Notes under the pieces: model-generated | What the model was told of the DNA's origin: nothing | What the model saw: only the letters and a program-made list of their open reading frames with translations | The model's database searches: none | Shown here: positions 7,656-17,739 of the stretch, in pieces | Layout: every line of letters starts with the position of its first letter | How positions within the stretch are numbered: the stretch's first letter is position 1 | From: a virus | Strand: one strand, 5' to 3' | Virus record (IMG/VR): IMGVR_UViG_3300017989_000330 | Length of the DNA: 29,909 nt | Program-made: the position numbers and the translations under genes

Positions 7656-10349
7656 ATGGCTGGTGAATACAATAAAGTTATAGCTTATATCGGTGATAAT
7701 CGAGATGTATTGAGAAAAATTCAGCAAATTGCTGTAGCGAATCAAAAATTAACTTCTCAAATAGGACAGGACTTTACTCGCAGTGCTAAAGTGGCTGGAG
7801 ATGGTTTTCGTTCTATCAAAGAAACTTTTAAATTTGATAAAGAAACGCAAGCATTTTCGAAATTTGGAGGTTCGGTTGATTCTTTTTCTCAGAAAATAAA
7901 AGGTGGTAATGGACAGCTCGTTCAATTTACTCAAACCACTAAAGAAAATGCCAAAGGAATAAAAAGTGTAACTAATTCTTATAAGGATTTGGATAAAAAT
8001 ACTGTTTCTTTGGGTGAAAATATATCTCGTTTAGCCAAAAGAGCCGCTTTAACTATTCCTTTATGGTTGGCATTAAGAGGTGTTATTACAGGTACAATTC
8101 GAGCTATAGGCGATAGTGTCAAAAATTTAATTGAATTTGATAGAGCTTTGCAGAAATTAAAACGCAATTTACAAGGGACTCCCGAAGAAATTCAAAGAAG
8201 TTTTGATATCGCCAGACAAGAAATTACGAAATTTGCTATAGAGACAGGTAAAAGTACAGAAGATGTAACTCGAGCTGTTCAAAAATTTGCAACAGTGGGA
8301 TTTGATTTTGAGACATCCATGCAAGCGGGTTTAGATGCAACTAGACTATCTGTTTTATTATTTGGTGAAGCCGAAGAAACAGCTAATGCATTTGCACGTG
8401 GTTTAAGAGCGTTAGCGAGTGATGTAGAAGATACCGCTCAAACTCAAGATGAAATTAGTCGAGCATTGGCTCTAACATCCGAATTATGGGAGGTTAATGC
8501 TTTTGAACTAGACGAATTAAATCAAGGCTTTTCCAAGTTCGCTGGAACTGCCAAATCAATGAATTTTACGATAGAAGAAACTTTAACTCTTTTGGCAGCT
8601 TTAAGTACAAGAGGCTTAAATGCAGAAAGGGCAGGAACACTTTTAAGAACTTCTACTCAAAAATTAGAACAGAATTTAGATAAAGTTGCTAAAGTTTTAG
8701 GTATTCAAGTAAATCCAGAAGTTGATAGGACTTTTGATGTTTTTGTTCGAGTTACTAATGCTATTTCTAAACTTAAAAGCGAAGCAGGTACAATTTCTCC
8801 TGCCGTTTCTAAAGCAATAGGCGATTTATTTGGCGGTGTTAGAGGTGGCGAACCTGTTCGTGATATTATTGCCGACATGGATAAAGTTAATGAGGCATTT
8901 AATAAATTTGCTAAAGTTCGACCAGACATTATTGGTTTTCGTAAAGATTTTGAAAAAATGAATGATACAATTTTTCGTCAAGTCGAAATAATGCACAATT
9001 TAAATAAAGAAACAGGAAAAGCATTTTTAACAGGTATAACAGGTGGCAAAGATTTTCTTGATAGTTTGAAAATTATAAATAATGTTTTAGGTAGTTTACA
9101 AAAAAATGCTGAAAGAACAGGTTCAACATTAAAAAATATGTTTCTTTTGGCAACTACTGGTGGTGTTGGTTTTGGTTATATAAAATTTCAAGATGCAAAA
9201 AAGAAAGCAGCACAAGCGGCAGAGAACTTGCAAATAGAAATTAGAGATGCTTTACAAGGACAATTAAAAGATTTAGATTTACGTAATCTTATTATAAAAT
9301 TAAATAAATTAGACCCAAAAAAAACAAAAATTAGTCAACAAGTGTTTAATGCTTTAGGAAAACAATTACAAAAACAATTAAGTGATGCTTTTGAAGAATC
9401 GCCTATCGAGGTAGACGCTCAAGTACGTGCAAAAAATTTACAGTATGAGAATGATAGACAAGAATTAGCGGAATTATTATTAAAAAGCGAATTGGAATCT
9501 TTAAAAGCGATTGGTGCTACAAATTCTGAGCTACTTAAAGCCGAAGGAACATATAGTAAAATTTTAGGTCTTGCGGAAGAAGAGAAAGACATTCTGCAAA
9601 GAAAATTAGATTTAGAACGTTCAATCAACGAAGAAAGAAGATTACAGTCTCGATTAGGTTCAGATTCAATCAAGTTATTTAGAATTGCTCAAGAACAAGG
9701 TACTGATGTTGCCAAAAAAATTGGTGAAGTCTTATCTGGGCAGTCTGATTTTACTAATTTTGTTCGTCAAGGTGGACAAGCCTTAGAAGTTTTTAAGGAT
9801 AAATTTGCAGACATCTATGAACAACAACAAGCAATGGCGTTTTTTAAAGGTAATGTAGTTCCTGGTACTACAGGATTACGTGGCGGTTTTGGTATTCCTA
9901 TAGAAGAAGAAGCTGTTCGTAGACCAATTAATCGTGCGGCTTTAACATTGGCCGCAAGTCGTGAGGGATTATTAGGTACAAAGGGTCTAACTCCGACACA
10001 AATTCAAGAATTTCAAGCAAAAAATTTAAATGTAGAAACATTAAATTTACCTATTGGTGGCGGTAGAGGTTTGCAAGTTTTAGGTAACTATCTAATGCAG
10101 TCTTTACCGACCAGGCCAGTAGCAGGAGCATTAACAAATGCAGATATAGCTCGATTGCCCAAAGAAGTTCCAGAAACTAGAATAGAATTAAATTTTAATG
10201 CAGGAAGTTTTGTTTTTCATGGTAGCCCCGAAGATAAAGAAGCGCAAGAATCATTTAAACAGTCTATAATCAAAGCTTTTAATGATCCGTTATTAAAGAA
10301 AAAAATGTCCAATTTACAAGCAGGAAATAATCAAACAAATGTATTTTAA
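7656..10349 (+). CDS. Tail tape measure protein (TP901-like)
   Basis: 897 aa helical protein with the typical core (ELNQGFSKFAGTAKSMNFTIEETLTLLAALSTRGLNAERAGT.LR). Confidence 0.9.
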   Translation: MAGEYNKVIAYIGDNRDVLRKIQQIAVANQKLTSQIGQDFTRSAKVAGDGFRSIKETFKFDKETQAFSKFGGSVDSFSQKIKGGNGQLVQFTQTTKENAKGIKSVTNSYKDLDKNTVSLGENISRLAKRAALTIPLWLALRGVITGTIRAIGDSVKNLIEFDRALQKLKRNLQGTPEEIQRSFDIARQEITKFAIETGKSTEDVTRAVQKFATVGFDFETSMQAGLDATRLSVLLFGEAEETANAFARGLRALASDVEDTAQTQDEISRALALTSELWEVNAFELDELNQGFSKFAGTAKSMNFTIEETLTLLAALSTRGLNAERAGTLLRTSTQKLEQNLDKVAKVLGIQVNPEVDRTFDVFVRVTNAISKLKSEAGTISPAVSKAIGDLFGGVRGGEPVRDIIADMDKVNEAFNKFAKVRPDIIGFRKDFEKMNDTIFRQVEIMHNLNKETGKAFLTGITGGKDFLDSLKIINNVLGSLQKNAERTGSTLKNMFLLATTGGVGFGYIKFQDAKKKAAQAAENLQIEIRDALQGQLKDLDLRNLIIKLNKLDPKKTKISQQVFNALGKQLQKQLSDAFEESPIEVDAQVRAKNLQYENDRQELAELLLKSELESLKAIGATNSELLKAEGTYSKILGLAEEEKDILQRKLDLERSINEERRLQSRLGSDSIKLFRIAQEQGTDVAKKIGEVLSGQSDFTNFVRQGGQALEVFKDKFADIYEQQQAMAFFKGNVVPGTTGLRGGFGIPIEEEAVRRPINRAALTLAASREGLLGTKGLTPTQIQEFQAKNLNVETLNLPIGGGRGLQVLGNYLMQSLPTRPVAGALTNADIARLPKEVPETRIELNFNAGSFVFHGSPEDKEAQESFKQSIIKAFNDPLLKKKMSNLQAGNNQTNVF

Positions 10350-10361
10350 GGAGAGATAAAA

Positions 10362-10778
10362 ATGGCGTTTGTTCCCACAGCGAAAATTTATGCAAGCGAC
10401 GGAGTTAGTCTTGTTTATAATATAGGAAATATGCTTGATATACAGGGTTGGCCTAATGATGAAAATCCCGATTCTGTTTCTTTATCTAATTTAAGAAGTC
10501 AAGGAGAAATAAATATTCAGGGAGGAAATAAATCTTTTTCGATAATTATTACAGGGAGATTATCAGCCGCAAATTATACTGCTCTTATTTCTGCTTGGAA
10601 TACATTACAAAGCACAATCGCTTTACATACGGCTTATTATTTGAAGATTGATACATCTGTTTCAACAACAGACCCTATAAAAGTAAAAAGAATAGCCCCA
10701 ATTGAAATAATTAGAACAAATAACATGAACACTTGGCTCTATTATAATCTAACATTAAGAGCCTTATCGTGGACTTAA
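10362..10778 (+). CDS. Distal tail (Dit-like) protein
   Basis: First gene after the tape measure; 138 aa, beta-rich. Confidence 0.5.
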   Translation: MAFVPTAKIYASDGVSLVYNIGNMLDIQGWPNDENPDSVSLSNLRSQGEINIQGGNKSFSIIITGRLSAANYTALISAWNTLQSTIALHTAYYLKIDTSVSTTDPIKVKRIAPIEIIRTNNMNTWLYYNLTLRALSWT

Positions 10779-10799
10779 TTCTGTAAGGGAGAGATAAAA

Positions 10800-11432
10800 A
10801 TGGCAACAAGTTTAGATATTTATGTTAATACTGGAACTCAAGATACTGAGTTGGGTACATCTGGTGTTGAATTTACACAAATTGATGTTGATAATGATGA
10901 ATTAATTTTTTCTGCTGGAAGTTCTTCTGTGGCCGACGGAGAAGCGATTCCTTCAGAGACACAACTTAATCAAGCCGGAGTTCTTTTAACAGGTGCAGAA
11001 ATTACAGTTGATAAATATTTTTTATCCGATAACGATGCTGGAATTTTAAAAGAAATTCATAATATGGGCAATCAAAACAAAAGATATGTTGTTGGGTGTA
11101 GTTTTGATGGAGCAACGGCTTCAGAGCCGGTTCTTGAGATATGGGATGACACTGATTTAGATTCGACCGATTTAGTTTGTTTGGGAGAAGGAACACCCAG
11201 TTCAAGTTGGTTTAGAGGAATTACAACAACAGATGGTGCACCTGGTGCAAGTTGGACAGGCTCAAGATTAGCGGGAAGTTCTGACGGATATTTTCTTTGG
11301 TTAAATAATGAGAATGGTGCTTTAAGTGGTGCAGATGTTTTATATTGTCAAATGAAAATAGTGATCCCTTCAACTGAAACTGATGCCGGCGCAGAAACCC
11401 CCGTAATTTGTATAAAATATTCGACAACATAA
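10800..11432 (+). CDS. Putative tail-tip structural protein
   Basis: Acidic, G/S/T-rich 210 aa ORF with SD, in the tail cluster. Confidence 0.5.
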   Translation: MATSLDIYVNTGTQDTELGTSGVEFTQIDVDNDELIFSAGSSSVADGEAIPSETQLNQAGVLLTGAEITVDKYFLSDNDAGILKEIHNMGNQNKRYVVGCSFDGATASEPVLEIWDDTDLDSTDLVCLGEGTPSSSWFRGITTTDGAPGASWTGSRLAGSSDGYFLWLNNENGALSGADVLYCQMKIVIPSTETDAGAETPVICIKYSTT

Positions 11433-11448
11433 TTTTAAAGGATTTACG

Positions 11449-12036
11449 ATGACATTAATTAAAAATTATAATTTCAGTGAAAATGCAATTAATTCTTTTA
11501 TAGTTGACGAAACAAATGGAGAATTTTTATGGATTTCTTTTTCACAAGACGCTTCTGGTAATTGTGCATTACAAAAAGTGTCAGGTCATAACCCTTTACA
11601 GAAATATTTTGATATTGATGTGGCTGTTGACGAAATAAAAAGAATGTATATTTCAGGAAGTTATATTTATTTAGCTTACGATGATGATACTTATATAGGA
11701 GCGAGATATTCTTTAGCTAATCCTCTGACAACTTCTACAGATTTTTCTTTACCAGCAGGAATTACCGAAGCTCCGATAGATGTTTTAGTAAGTGGATCAA
11801 ATGTTTTTTATTTAATACCAGGAAATACAAGCGGCACAAATGCTAAAATTGTTGTTTTAACAACTAGCGGAACTTTTTCCGAAACTATAGATTTAAGTAC
11901 AGTTACAAATGCAGTTGCCTTTTCTATTGATGATTCAGATAACATTTGGGTTATTACAAACGAATCGCCCGCAAAATTAGTTCGAGTTTATGATGATGGC
12001 GGTTATACATATACCGTCACAACTTTAGGTACATAA
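11449..12036 (+). CDS. Putative tail protein with beta-propeller-like blades
   Basis: Repeated strand motifs (YIYLAYDD, VFYLIPG, IWVITNESPAKLVRV). Confidence 0.4.
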   Translation: MTLIKNYNFSENAINSFIVDETNGEFLWISFSQDASGNCALQKVSGHNPLQKYFDIDVAVDEIKRMYISGSYIYLAYDDDTYIGARYSLANPLTTSTDFSLPAGITEAPIDVLVSGSNVFYLIPGNTSGTNAKIVVLTTSGTFSETIDLSTVTNAVAFSIDDSDNIWVITNESPAKLVRVYDDGGYTYTVTTLGT

Positions 12037-12052
12037 TGGAGGATTTTTTAAA

Positions 12053-12520
12053 ATGAAAAAGAAGTTAGATAAAAATCAAATGCGTTTAGGTTATAATGCT
12101 ATAGTTAAACGAGTTGATAAAAAAACCGGCAAAGTTTTAGATAGTGAAAAAATTCATAATACTATTGTGAATACTGGATTAAATTTGGTTCGTGATTTTT
12201 TAGGAGATGTTTCTGTTAATTCCCCTAAATATATTGCTATCGGAGAAGATAATACGGCTGTGCAGAACACTGATACTGCTTTAGGAACAGAAAATACAAG
12301 AGCGTCATCTTCTATTAATGTTGGAACTGATTATCAAGCCGTGTTTAGTCACACTTTTAGTTTTGGTTCTTCTTATACTATTACTGAGGCGGGTTTATTT
12401 GACAGTGCTACAGCTTCAGGTTCTACAATGTATAATCGATTTGTTTTCAGCGGTAAGGCTGTAGATACTGATACGGATTTATCTGTAGAAATTACACTGA
12501 CTATTAGCAGAACATCTTAA
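12053..12520 (+). CDS. Tail-collar fibre-like protein
   Basis: IVNTG...YIAIG......DTALGTE...ITEAGLF pattern typical of this family. Confidence 0.6.
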   Translation: MKKKLDKNQMRLGYNAIVKRVDKKTGKVLDSEKIHNTIVNTGLNLVRDFLGDVSVNSPKYIAIGEDNTAVQNTDTALGTENTRASSSINVGTDYQAVFSHTFSFGSSYTITEAGLFDSATASGSTMYNRFVFSGKAVDTDTDLSVEITLTISRTS

Positions 12521-12537
12521 TTAAGGGATTTTTTTAT

Positions 12538-15246
12538 ATGGCTAACTTAATAGCACAATATAAATGTAATGATAATGCGGCTAACACGACTGTCACCGAT
12601 TCTTCTGGAAATGGTAACAATGCTACGTCAGTAGCTAATACATCTACTATGAGCGTTTCAGGAAAATTAAATGAAGCGTTTCAAATAGATAGCACTGTAC
12701 CTGATTATTTTGATCCTCCAATAGCAACATTAGATAGAGATAACATTGCTTTTGCTTTTTGGTTTAAATCTTCTACTGACAGTCCAGGGACTATCGCTTT
12801 TCTTCGAGATGCCGCAGGGAATAATCTTAGTCAGATTTCAGTTGGCAACGGAGCCACAGGTTTTTTAACGAACGAGCTTATCACTATTCAGACTAATCGG
12901 GGGGGAGCCACCGATAATCGTTTAGGGTACGAAACAGCAACCAGAAGTGAACTTTTTGATGGTAATTGGCATCATGTTGTTATTAATTGCGGATCAAGCA
13001 GTTATCAGATTTATATAGATAACAGTTCTAAATCTATAACTGTTGGAAACGGTTCCAATGACGGGGATTGGGGTGCAAGTCTGACAGCATCGCTTGTTCG
13101 GGTTGGTTCTGATAATGTTTGGAATTTTAATTTAAATGCTAGTCTCGATGATTTTAGAATTTATGATGACGCTTTAAGTGCAGACGAAATATCTTTACTT
13201 TATAATTCTGGAAACGGAACAGAACATACTAATTTTTTGCGACAGATTAGTGAAAGCGATACGGTTTATTTATCTGATGAAATCGATACAGGAATACAAG
13301 AATTAGATGAATCTGACACCCTTTATTTGGGAGATTCCATTGATGTTAATGTTTCGTTAGAAAAAGTTACAGATAGTGAAACGCTTTATTTGTCAGATGC
13401 TATTACTGTTACTATCATCGAAAATATTAATAATCCTGTTCGAATTCTTCATTACAATCCGCTGATAGTTGTGACAAATACTAATCCTGTTAAATTAGGA
13501 ATTATTACAATTACAGACCCGACAACGCCCACGTGGGTAGTTTATGAATTAGCGGGTGTAACAAATGCAAAAGATGTTGTTTTGAATGACACAAATGATT
13601 ATTTTTATGTTGCTTGTGGTTCTGGAAATGTAGCTAAAGTTGAAAAAGCCGATCCTAATAATTTTAGTATTATTAATACAGGAGAAACAGATACTTTTGT
13701 AAATACGAATTCTTTAGATGCGTTTCTGAGAACTTACATTTCTACAGACGATTCTGATGGGGAAATCGTTGTTATTGACGAAGCTGAAATTAAAAAAATT
13801 AATACTGATTTAAGATGGATTCAACAAATTGAAACGATTGTTTCTACACGATTAAATACAATTTTAGGTAAACTTATTAATACTGACTTTCGTTGGGTTG
13901 CAAAAACAACGAAAAAAATAAATACAGATTTACGCTGGCTTCCTTTAAATCAGACTTATGATCAAGTTACACAAAATCTAATTGTTTACAGTGATATAGT
14001 TTTAAAAATTAACGGAACGGATTTGTGTCCGTTGAACGATGTTAATATGAAATCAATTCGAATTGAACATGACATTACCAGAGAAGAAGAAGTTGGAAGT
14101 GTCGCTACATTTACATTAAATCGACAACACGACAAATTAGATTATGACAATCGGGGAAACAGTTCTCAAATTACAAATAATAATGCAGTGATTGTTGAAA
14201 TAGATGGTCAAACAGAATTTACGGGAAAGATTGCTAAATTACGAGCGAATAGCGAAACAGAGACGGTACAAGTGACTGCGATAGGGACAAGACCTTCTGA
14301 TCGACGACAAACTGTTTCCATTCCGTTGCCGAGCGTTAATGAAAATTTACATTTGTATCATTGTTTAATTAATGATGTTGATATTGATAAACCGTACATC
14401 GATTCTACCGATGAAAATCCTGCTTATTATAAAGGTGTTCAAGTAGATTTAGGAACACAGATTGAACAGAAAGTTCTACGATATAGTTTGATTGGAAATA
14501 CTACTAGTTTAGCAACTAAAATTGAAAATGGTAATTTTACTCCTAAACAAAATTGGACTTATTTTTGGTTAGCCGCTTTTACTAACTTTATTACGGGCTT
14601 AACTAATGGAACTTTGAAATATTTAGGAACTTCATTAGGGAGCTTATCTACAGATTCTTGGAAACTTGATCGATGTTCTTATAAATATCAAAAAGAATTA
14701 GATGATGTTGAAACAGATTTGGGAAATTATCAAGTCGGTTCTGCTCCTTATTTAGAAGTTTCAACTAAAAATGGTAAGAAAATTACAGTAGATAAATGGG
14801 TAGATAAAAAAGACGGTCTTTATTTAGTTAAAGATGCAGGATACGATTACGAACAATATGCTAAAGATGTGGCTGATTTAGAATATTCGAAATTATTAAA
14901 TATAAATGGTAATGTTTTACCTGCAACATCTGCTCAAATTACTCTCTCTTTAGATGGTTATTATTACTATAATGTCGCTTTATTAACTCGTATTAATGTT
15001 ACGAATACAACTACATCAAATATTTATAAAAATACTAATGGTTTTCCCGTTGCAGTTAAAACTATTACTATAGATACTTCTACAATGACAGTAAATTTAA
15101 CTTGCGATAATCAATTATCACAAATTGAATTGGACGAAATTGACGATACTTATCCCGATGAAAATTCAGACGAATATGTATTTGCAGAAGATTCTCGAAA
15201 AATTCATAGTAAATTTGATCCTAATACGTGGGGATATCCAGCATAA
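12538..15246 (+). CDS. Large tail protein: N-terminal LamG/ConA-like lectin, repeats, hub-like domain
   Basis: DSSGNGNN...FAFWFK...DGNWHHVV...LDDFRIYDDALSADEISLLYN is a LamG-3 signature. Hub-like segment follows (VEIDGQTEFTGKI). Confidence 0.7.
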   Translation: MANLIAQYKCNDNAANTTVTDSSGNGNNATSVANTSTMSVSGKLNEAFQIDSTVPDYFDPPIATLDRDNIAFAFWFKSSTDSPGTIAFLRDAAGNNLSQISVGNGATGFLTNELITIQTNRGGATDNRLGYETATRSELFDGNWHHVVINCGSSSYQIYIDNSSKSITVGNGSNDGDWGASLTASLVRVGSDNVWNFNLNASLDDFRIYDDALSADEISLLYNSGNGTEHTNFLRQISESDTVYLSDEIDTGIQELDESDTLYLGDSIDVNVSLEKVTDSETLYLSDAITVTIIENINNPVRILHYNPLIVVTNTNPVKLGIITITDPTTPTWVVYELAGVTNAKDVVLNDTNDYFYVACGSGNVAKVEKADPNNFSIINTGETDTFVNTNSLDAFLRTYISTDDSDGEIVVIDEAEIKKINTDLRWIQQIETIVSTRLNTILGKLINTDFRWVAKTTKKINTDLRWLPLNQTYDQVTQNLIVYSDIVLKINGTDLCPLNDVNMKSIRIEHDITREEEVGSVATFTLNRQHDKLDYDNRGNSSQITNNNAVIVEIDGQTEFTGKIAKLRANSETETVQVTAIGTRPSDRRQTVSIPLPSVNENLHLYHCLINDVDIDKPYIDSTDENPAYYKGVQVDLGTQIEQKVLRYSLIGNTTSLATKIENGNFTPKQNWTYFWLAAFTNFITGLTNGTLKYLGTSLGSLSTDSWKLDRCSYKYQKELDDVETDLGNYQVGSAPYLEVSTKNGKKITVDKWVDKKDGLYLVKDAGYDYEQYAKDVADLEYSKLLNINGNVLPATSAQITLSLDGYYYYNVALLTRINVTNTTTSNIYKNTNGFPVAVKTITIDTSTMTVNLTCDNQLSQIELDEIDDTYPDENSDEYVFAEDSRKIHSKFDPNTWGYPA
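13246..13407 (+). repeat. Three 18-20 aa repeats (xxESDTxYLxD)
   Basis: ISESDTVYLSD / LDESDTLYLGD / VTDSETLYLSD. Confidence 0.75.
13792..13938 (+). repeat. KKINTDLRW-type repeats
   Basis: KKINTDLRW / KLINTDFRW / KKINTDLRW plus one degenerate unit; period about 12-14 aa. Confidence 0.75.
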
Positions 15247-15437
15247 TGAAATTAAATTCACGCAAAAATAAAGAAAATTATATTTGGAAACAAAACAGTA
15301 TTAATCAAAATAATACTGAAAATTTATCACGTTTACAGATAAAAGTTAATCCAGTTATTTTTAATAAAAAGATTGTTGAAATCACGTTATTAGAAAATTA
15401 TGTTATCGAGTTCAGTGCCGGGGGTGTTGAAGGATAA
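15246..15437 (+). CDS. Small tail-end protein (N-terminal anchor-like piece, 63 aa)
   Basis: TAATG-coupled start at 15246; N-terminus resembles those of 15726 and 17191. Confidence 0.5.
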   Translation: MKLNSRKNKENYIWKQNSINQNNTENLSRLQIKVNPVIFNKKIVEITLLENYVIEFSAGGVEG

Positions 15438-15751
15438 TGCCTACTATTGAAAAAATTGGAGATGTTAATTTTTCGGTGATGTTTGAGGGATTACCTGACT
15501 GGGCTATTCCTATGATTAAAATTGTACCTATTTTTCATACCTTGGATGTTTATGTCAATCAATTAAACGATTTAACATTCATTTATGATTTTAATTATTT
15601 GTGGGAAAAATTGGATAATAAAAATTATTTATTAAAAGTTAGATTATCCGCACGTCTTTATGACGGTGGTAATAAATTTCCATTATATGTTGACTTAAAA
15701 GCTTATTTTTTCAATTCAAATCGCTATGAAATATATCAACACAAAAAATAA
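15437..15751 (+). CDS. Small tail-end protein (104 aa)
   Basis: TAATG-coupled ORF, beta-rich. Confidence 0.55.
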   Translation: MPTIEKIGDVNFSVMFEGLPDWAIPMIKIVPIFHTLDVYVNQLNDLTFIYDFNYLWEKLDNKNYLLKVRLSARLYDGGNKFPLYVDLKAYFFNSNRYEIYQHKK

Positions 15752-17201
15752 ATTACAATCAATTTGGAAAAATAATAAAAATGTTATAAGAGATTTATCT
15801 AATAAAGAGAATGAAATAACTCAATTCTTTATGGATAAAAATAATCTGCAAAAGATTAAGACTCTTTATGATTCTGGATGGGTTGCAACTACTCCTACCG
15901 CATCGAGTGCTGTTCGAAATGCTACTCCAGGCGAATTATTACCCGAACGAGTACTTTTAAATTCGTATTACGATTTTAACATTCCTGAACACTTTCTCCC
16001 TTTTGTTAATGTTAGCGTTATGACGAAAACTGTTCCAGAAGTTTCTTTTCTTGGGGTTTTTCCTTTTACAGTTGAAGGTTATGATAACGATTATATCGAA
16101 GTGAAAGGTAATGGAAGTAATTTAATTTATGCAGGTTATCCTCGTTCAGTTTATTATGAATATGACGAATCCGATTTAGCTGATGAAATGTTTCAAGAAA
16201 GTTATACTAAAAAAGTTTATCGTGCTGTTATTTATTATACTTCAGGCGGAAATGAATATAAAGTCGATGGTCGTTTAATTAAAACTACCGTTAGAGAAAA
16301 TGGAAGTGTTGTTGGTGGAAATCAAGAATATGACGAGTGGCAAGTGCGTATCGACTCTGGTTATACAGGATATTTAAATTATAGCGAATATCACAATTTA
16401 GATGAAACAGAAATCGACTGTACTGCAAGAAAACGAGAAGTGCGTTATAATGTAAATCCTAGTCCACCCCCAGATTATTTACAACAAGTCACTTTAGATG
16501 ATAATGGAGGTGCCGGTTATAGAGTAACTAAAAATTGGTCAAGTGTTGATAGAGAATATCATTTAATAAAAAATGCTACTTTATATAAAAAAATAGATGG
16601 TTCTTGGGCTAATCAAGGAACAGGAGATTATACTATCGATACTTTAAGTGGACATGTAATTACCGAACGTTCATTTCAATTTGTGGGTTATTGGCTTTTT
16701 TATAGTTCCACACGAAATACTTTATTTGGTACACAAGAAGTTTCTCCGACTGTTGAAGAGGGGATTTATAATAAAATAGAATTAGCAAATTTACCCGAAG
16801 ATGCAGATAGAATATGGACAACTATAACATTGAAACGAAATCCCGAACCCAGACCAGAAAAAACTCAAGCTGTTAGTTATTATGCCAGTTCTCAACGAAT
16901 TATTAATTTTAAAAGATTCGAAGATAAATATCGACTCTATTTACAGGGGTATTTAGTATTTTCTGCTCCGTCTACCGTAATTAATCCACCCCCCGCAGAG
17001 AAAACTAGCGGAGATCATCGTCAAGTTCCAGAATATAATGATACTTATTCGCAAAATGCTACAAGTTATACTGCTTCTGAAAGTCATACATTAAAAAATC
17101 GTGATTTTTGGGGAACAGCTAAACAAGATTTAGAATATAGAATTAAAATTGATATAATTAATCCTTTTTATTGGAAAGAGTTAAAAAATTATGACGTTTG
17201 A
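15726..17201 (+). CDS. Putative tail fibre/receptor-binding protein (491 aa)
   Basis: End of the tail cluster; YDSGWV motif; Y/N/G/T-rich. Confidence 0.5.
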   Translation: MKYINTKNKLQSIWKNNKNVIRDLSNKENEITQFFMDKNNLQKIKTLYDSGWVATTPTASSAVRNATPGELLPERVLLNSYYDFNIPEHFLPFVNVSVMTKTVPEVSFLGVFPFTVEGYDNDYIEVKGNGSNLIYAGYPRSVYYEYDESDLADEMFQESYTKKVYRAVIYYTSGGNEYKVDGRLIKTTVRENGSVVGGNQEYDEWQVRIDSGYTGYLNYSEYHNLDETEIDCTARKREVRYNVNPSPPPDYLQQVTLDDNGGAGYRVTKNWSSVDREYHLIKNATLYKKIDGSWANQGTGDYTIDTLSGHVITERSFQFVGYWLFYSSTRNTLFGTQEVSPTVEEGIYNKIELANLPEDADRIWTTITLKRNPEPRPEKTQAVSYYASSQRIINFKRFEDKYRLYLQGYLVFSAPSTVINPPPAEKTSGDHRQVPEYNDTYSQNATSYTASESHTLKNRDFWGTAKQDLEYRIKIDIINPFYWKELKNYDV

Positions 17202-17739
17202 AAGTTTTATAAATACAAAAAATAAATGGCAGAAAGTTTACAAAGAAGTTTCTGATCAGATTCAAGTCATTTCAAATCAAGACTCTAATAATACTCAAAT
17301 CAAAAATAATGTCTCTCGATTAGATTTAGATTTTGGTTCTTTTTCCAAGATTCGAAATTATGATACTGCATGGGTAGACGCCGATTCTATAATGTCGGGA
17401 GATACAATTTATCGTCTTTATAAAACGTGGCAAATTAACTTCCCTTCTTTAGATATTAAATATCTTTCTTTTTTTAGATATGATATTCTGGCGAAATTAA
17501 ATACTTCGGATACGGAAGGAATTATTAGTGGAGATTCTAACTTTTATGTGCCTTATTCTACATATTTTTCTAAGAGCTTTGTGTGGGATATAAAAGATTT
17601 GGAAAGTAATCCAAGTTCAGATAATAAAAACGCTACATTAAATGCTTCGATTTATATAACAAAACCTATTTATTTGACTTTGCCGCTATTTAAATTCAAA
17701 CTTTTGATTAAGTTTTTACCACTTAGACATTGGGATTAG
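17191..17739 (+). CDS. Tail-end protein paralogous to 15726..17201
   Basis: Shares INTKNK and YD(S/T)(G/A)WV motifs. Confidence 0.5.
   Translation: MTFESFINTKNKWQKVYKEVSDQIQVISNQDSNNTQIKNNVSRLDLDFGSFSKIRNYDTAWVDADSIMSGDTIYRLYKTWQINFPSLDIKYLSFFRYDILAKLNTSDTEGIISGDSNFYVPYSTYFSKSFVWDIKDLESNPSSDNKNATLNASIYITKPIYLTLPLFKFKLLIKFLPLRHWD

Noticed and set aside
122-11430. Antisense and shadow ORFs in the track (e.g. 122-319, 1735-2127, 7749-9673, 11002-11430, and plus-strand ORFs within 18470-27949)
   Set aside because: They lie opposite or within well-supported genes and have no RBS or motifs.
15415-15440. -1 frameshift at the G run fusing the 63-aa and 104-aa ORFs
   Set aside because: The -1 frame from the G run reaches TGA within a few codons; the TAATG overlap explains the junction.
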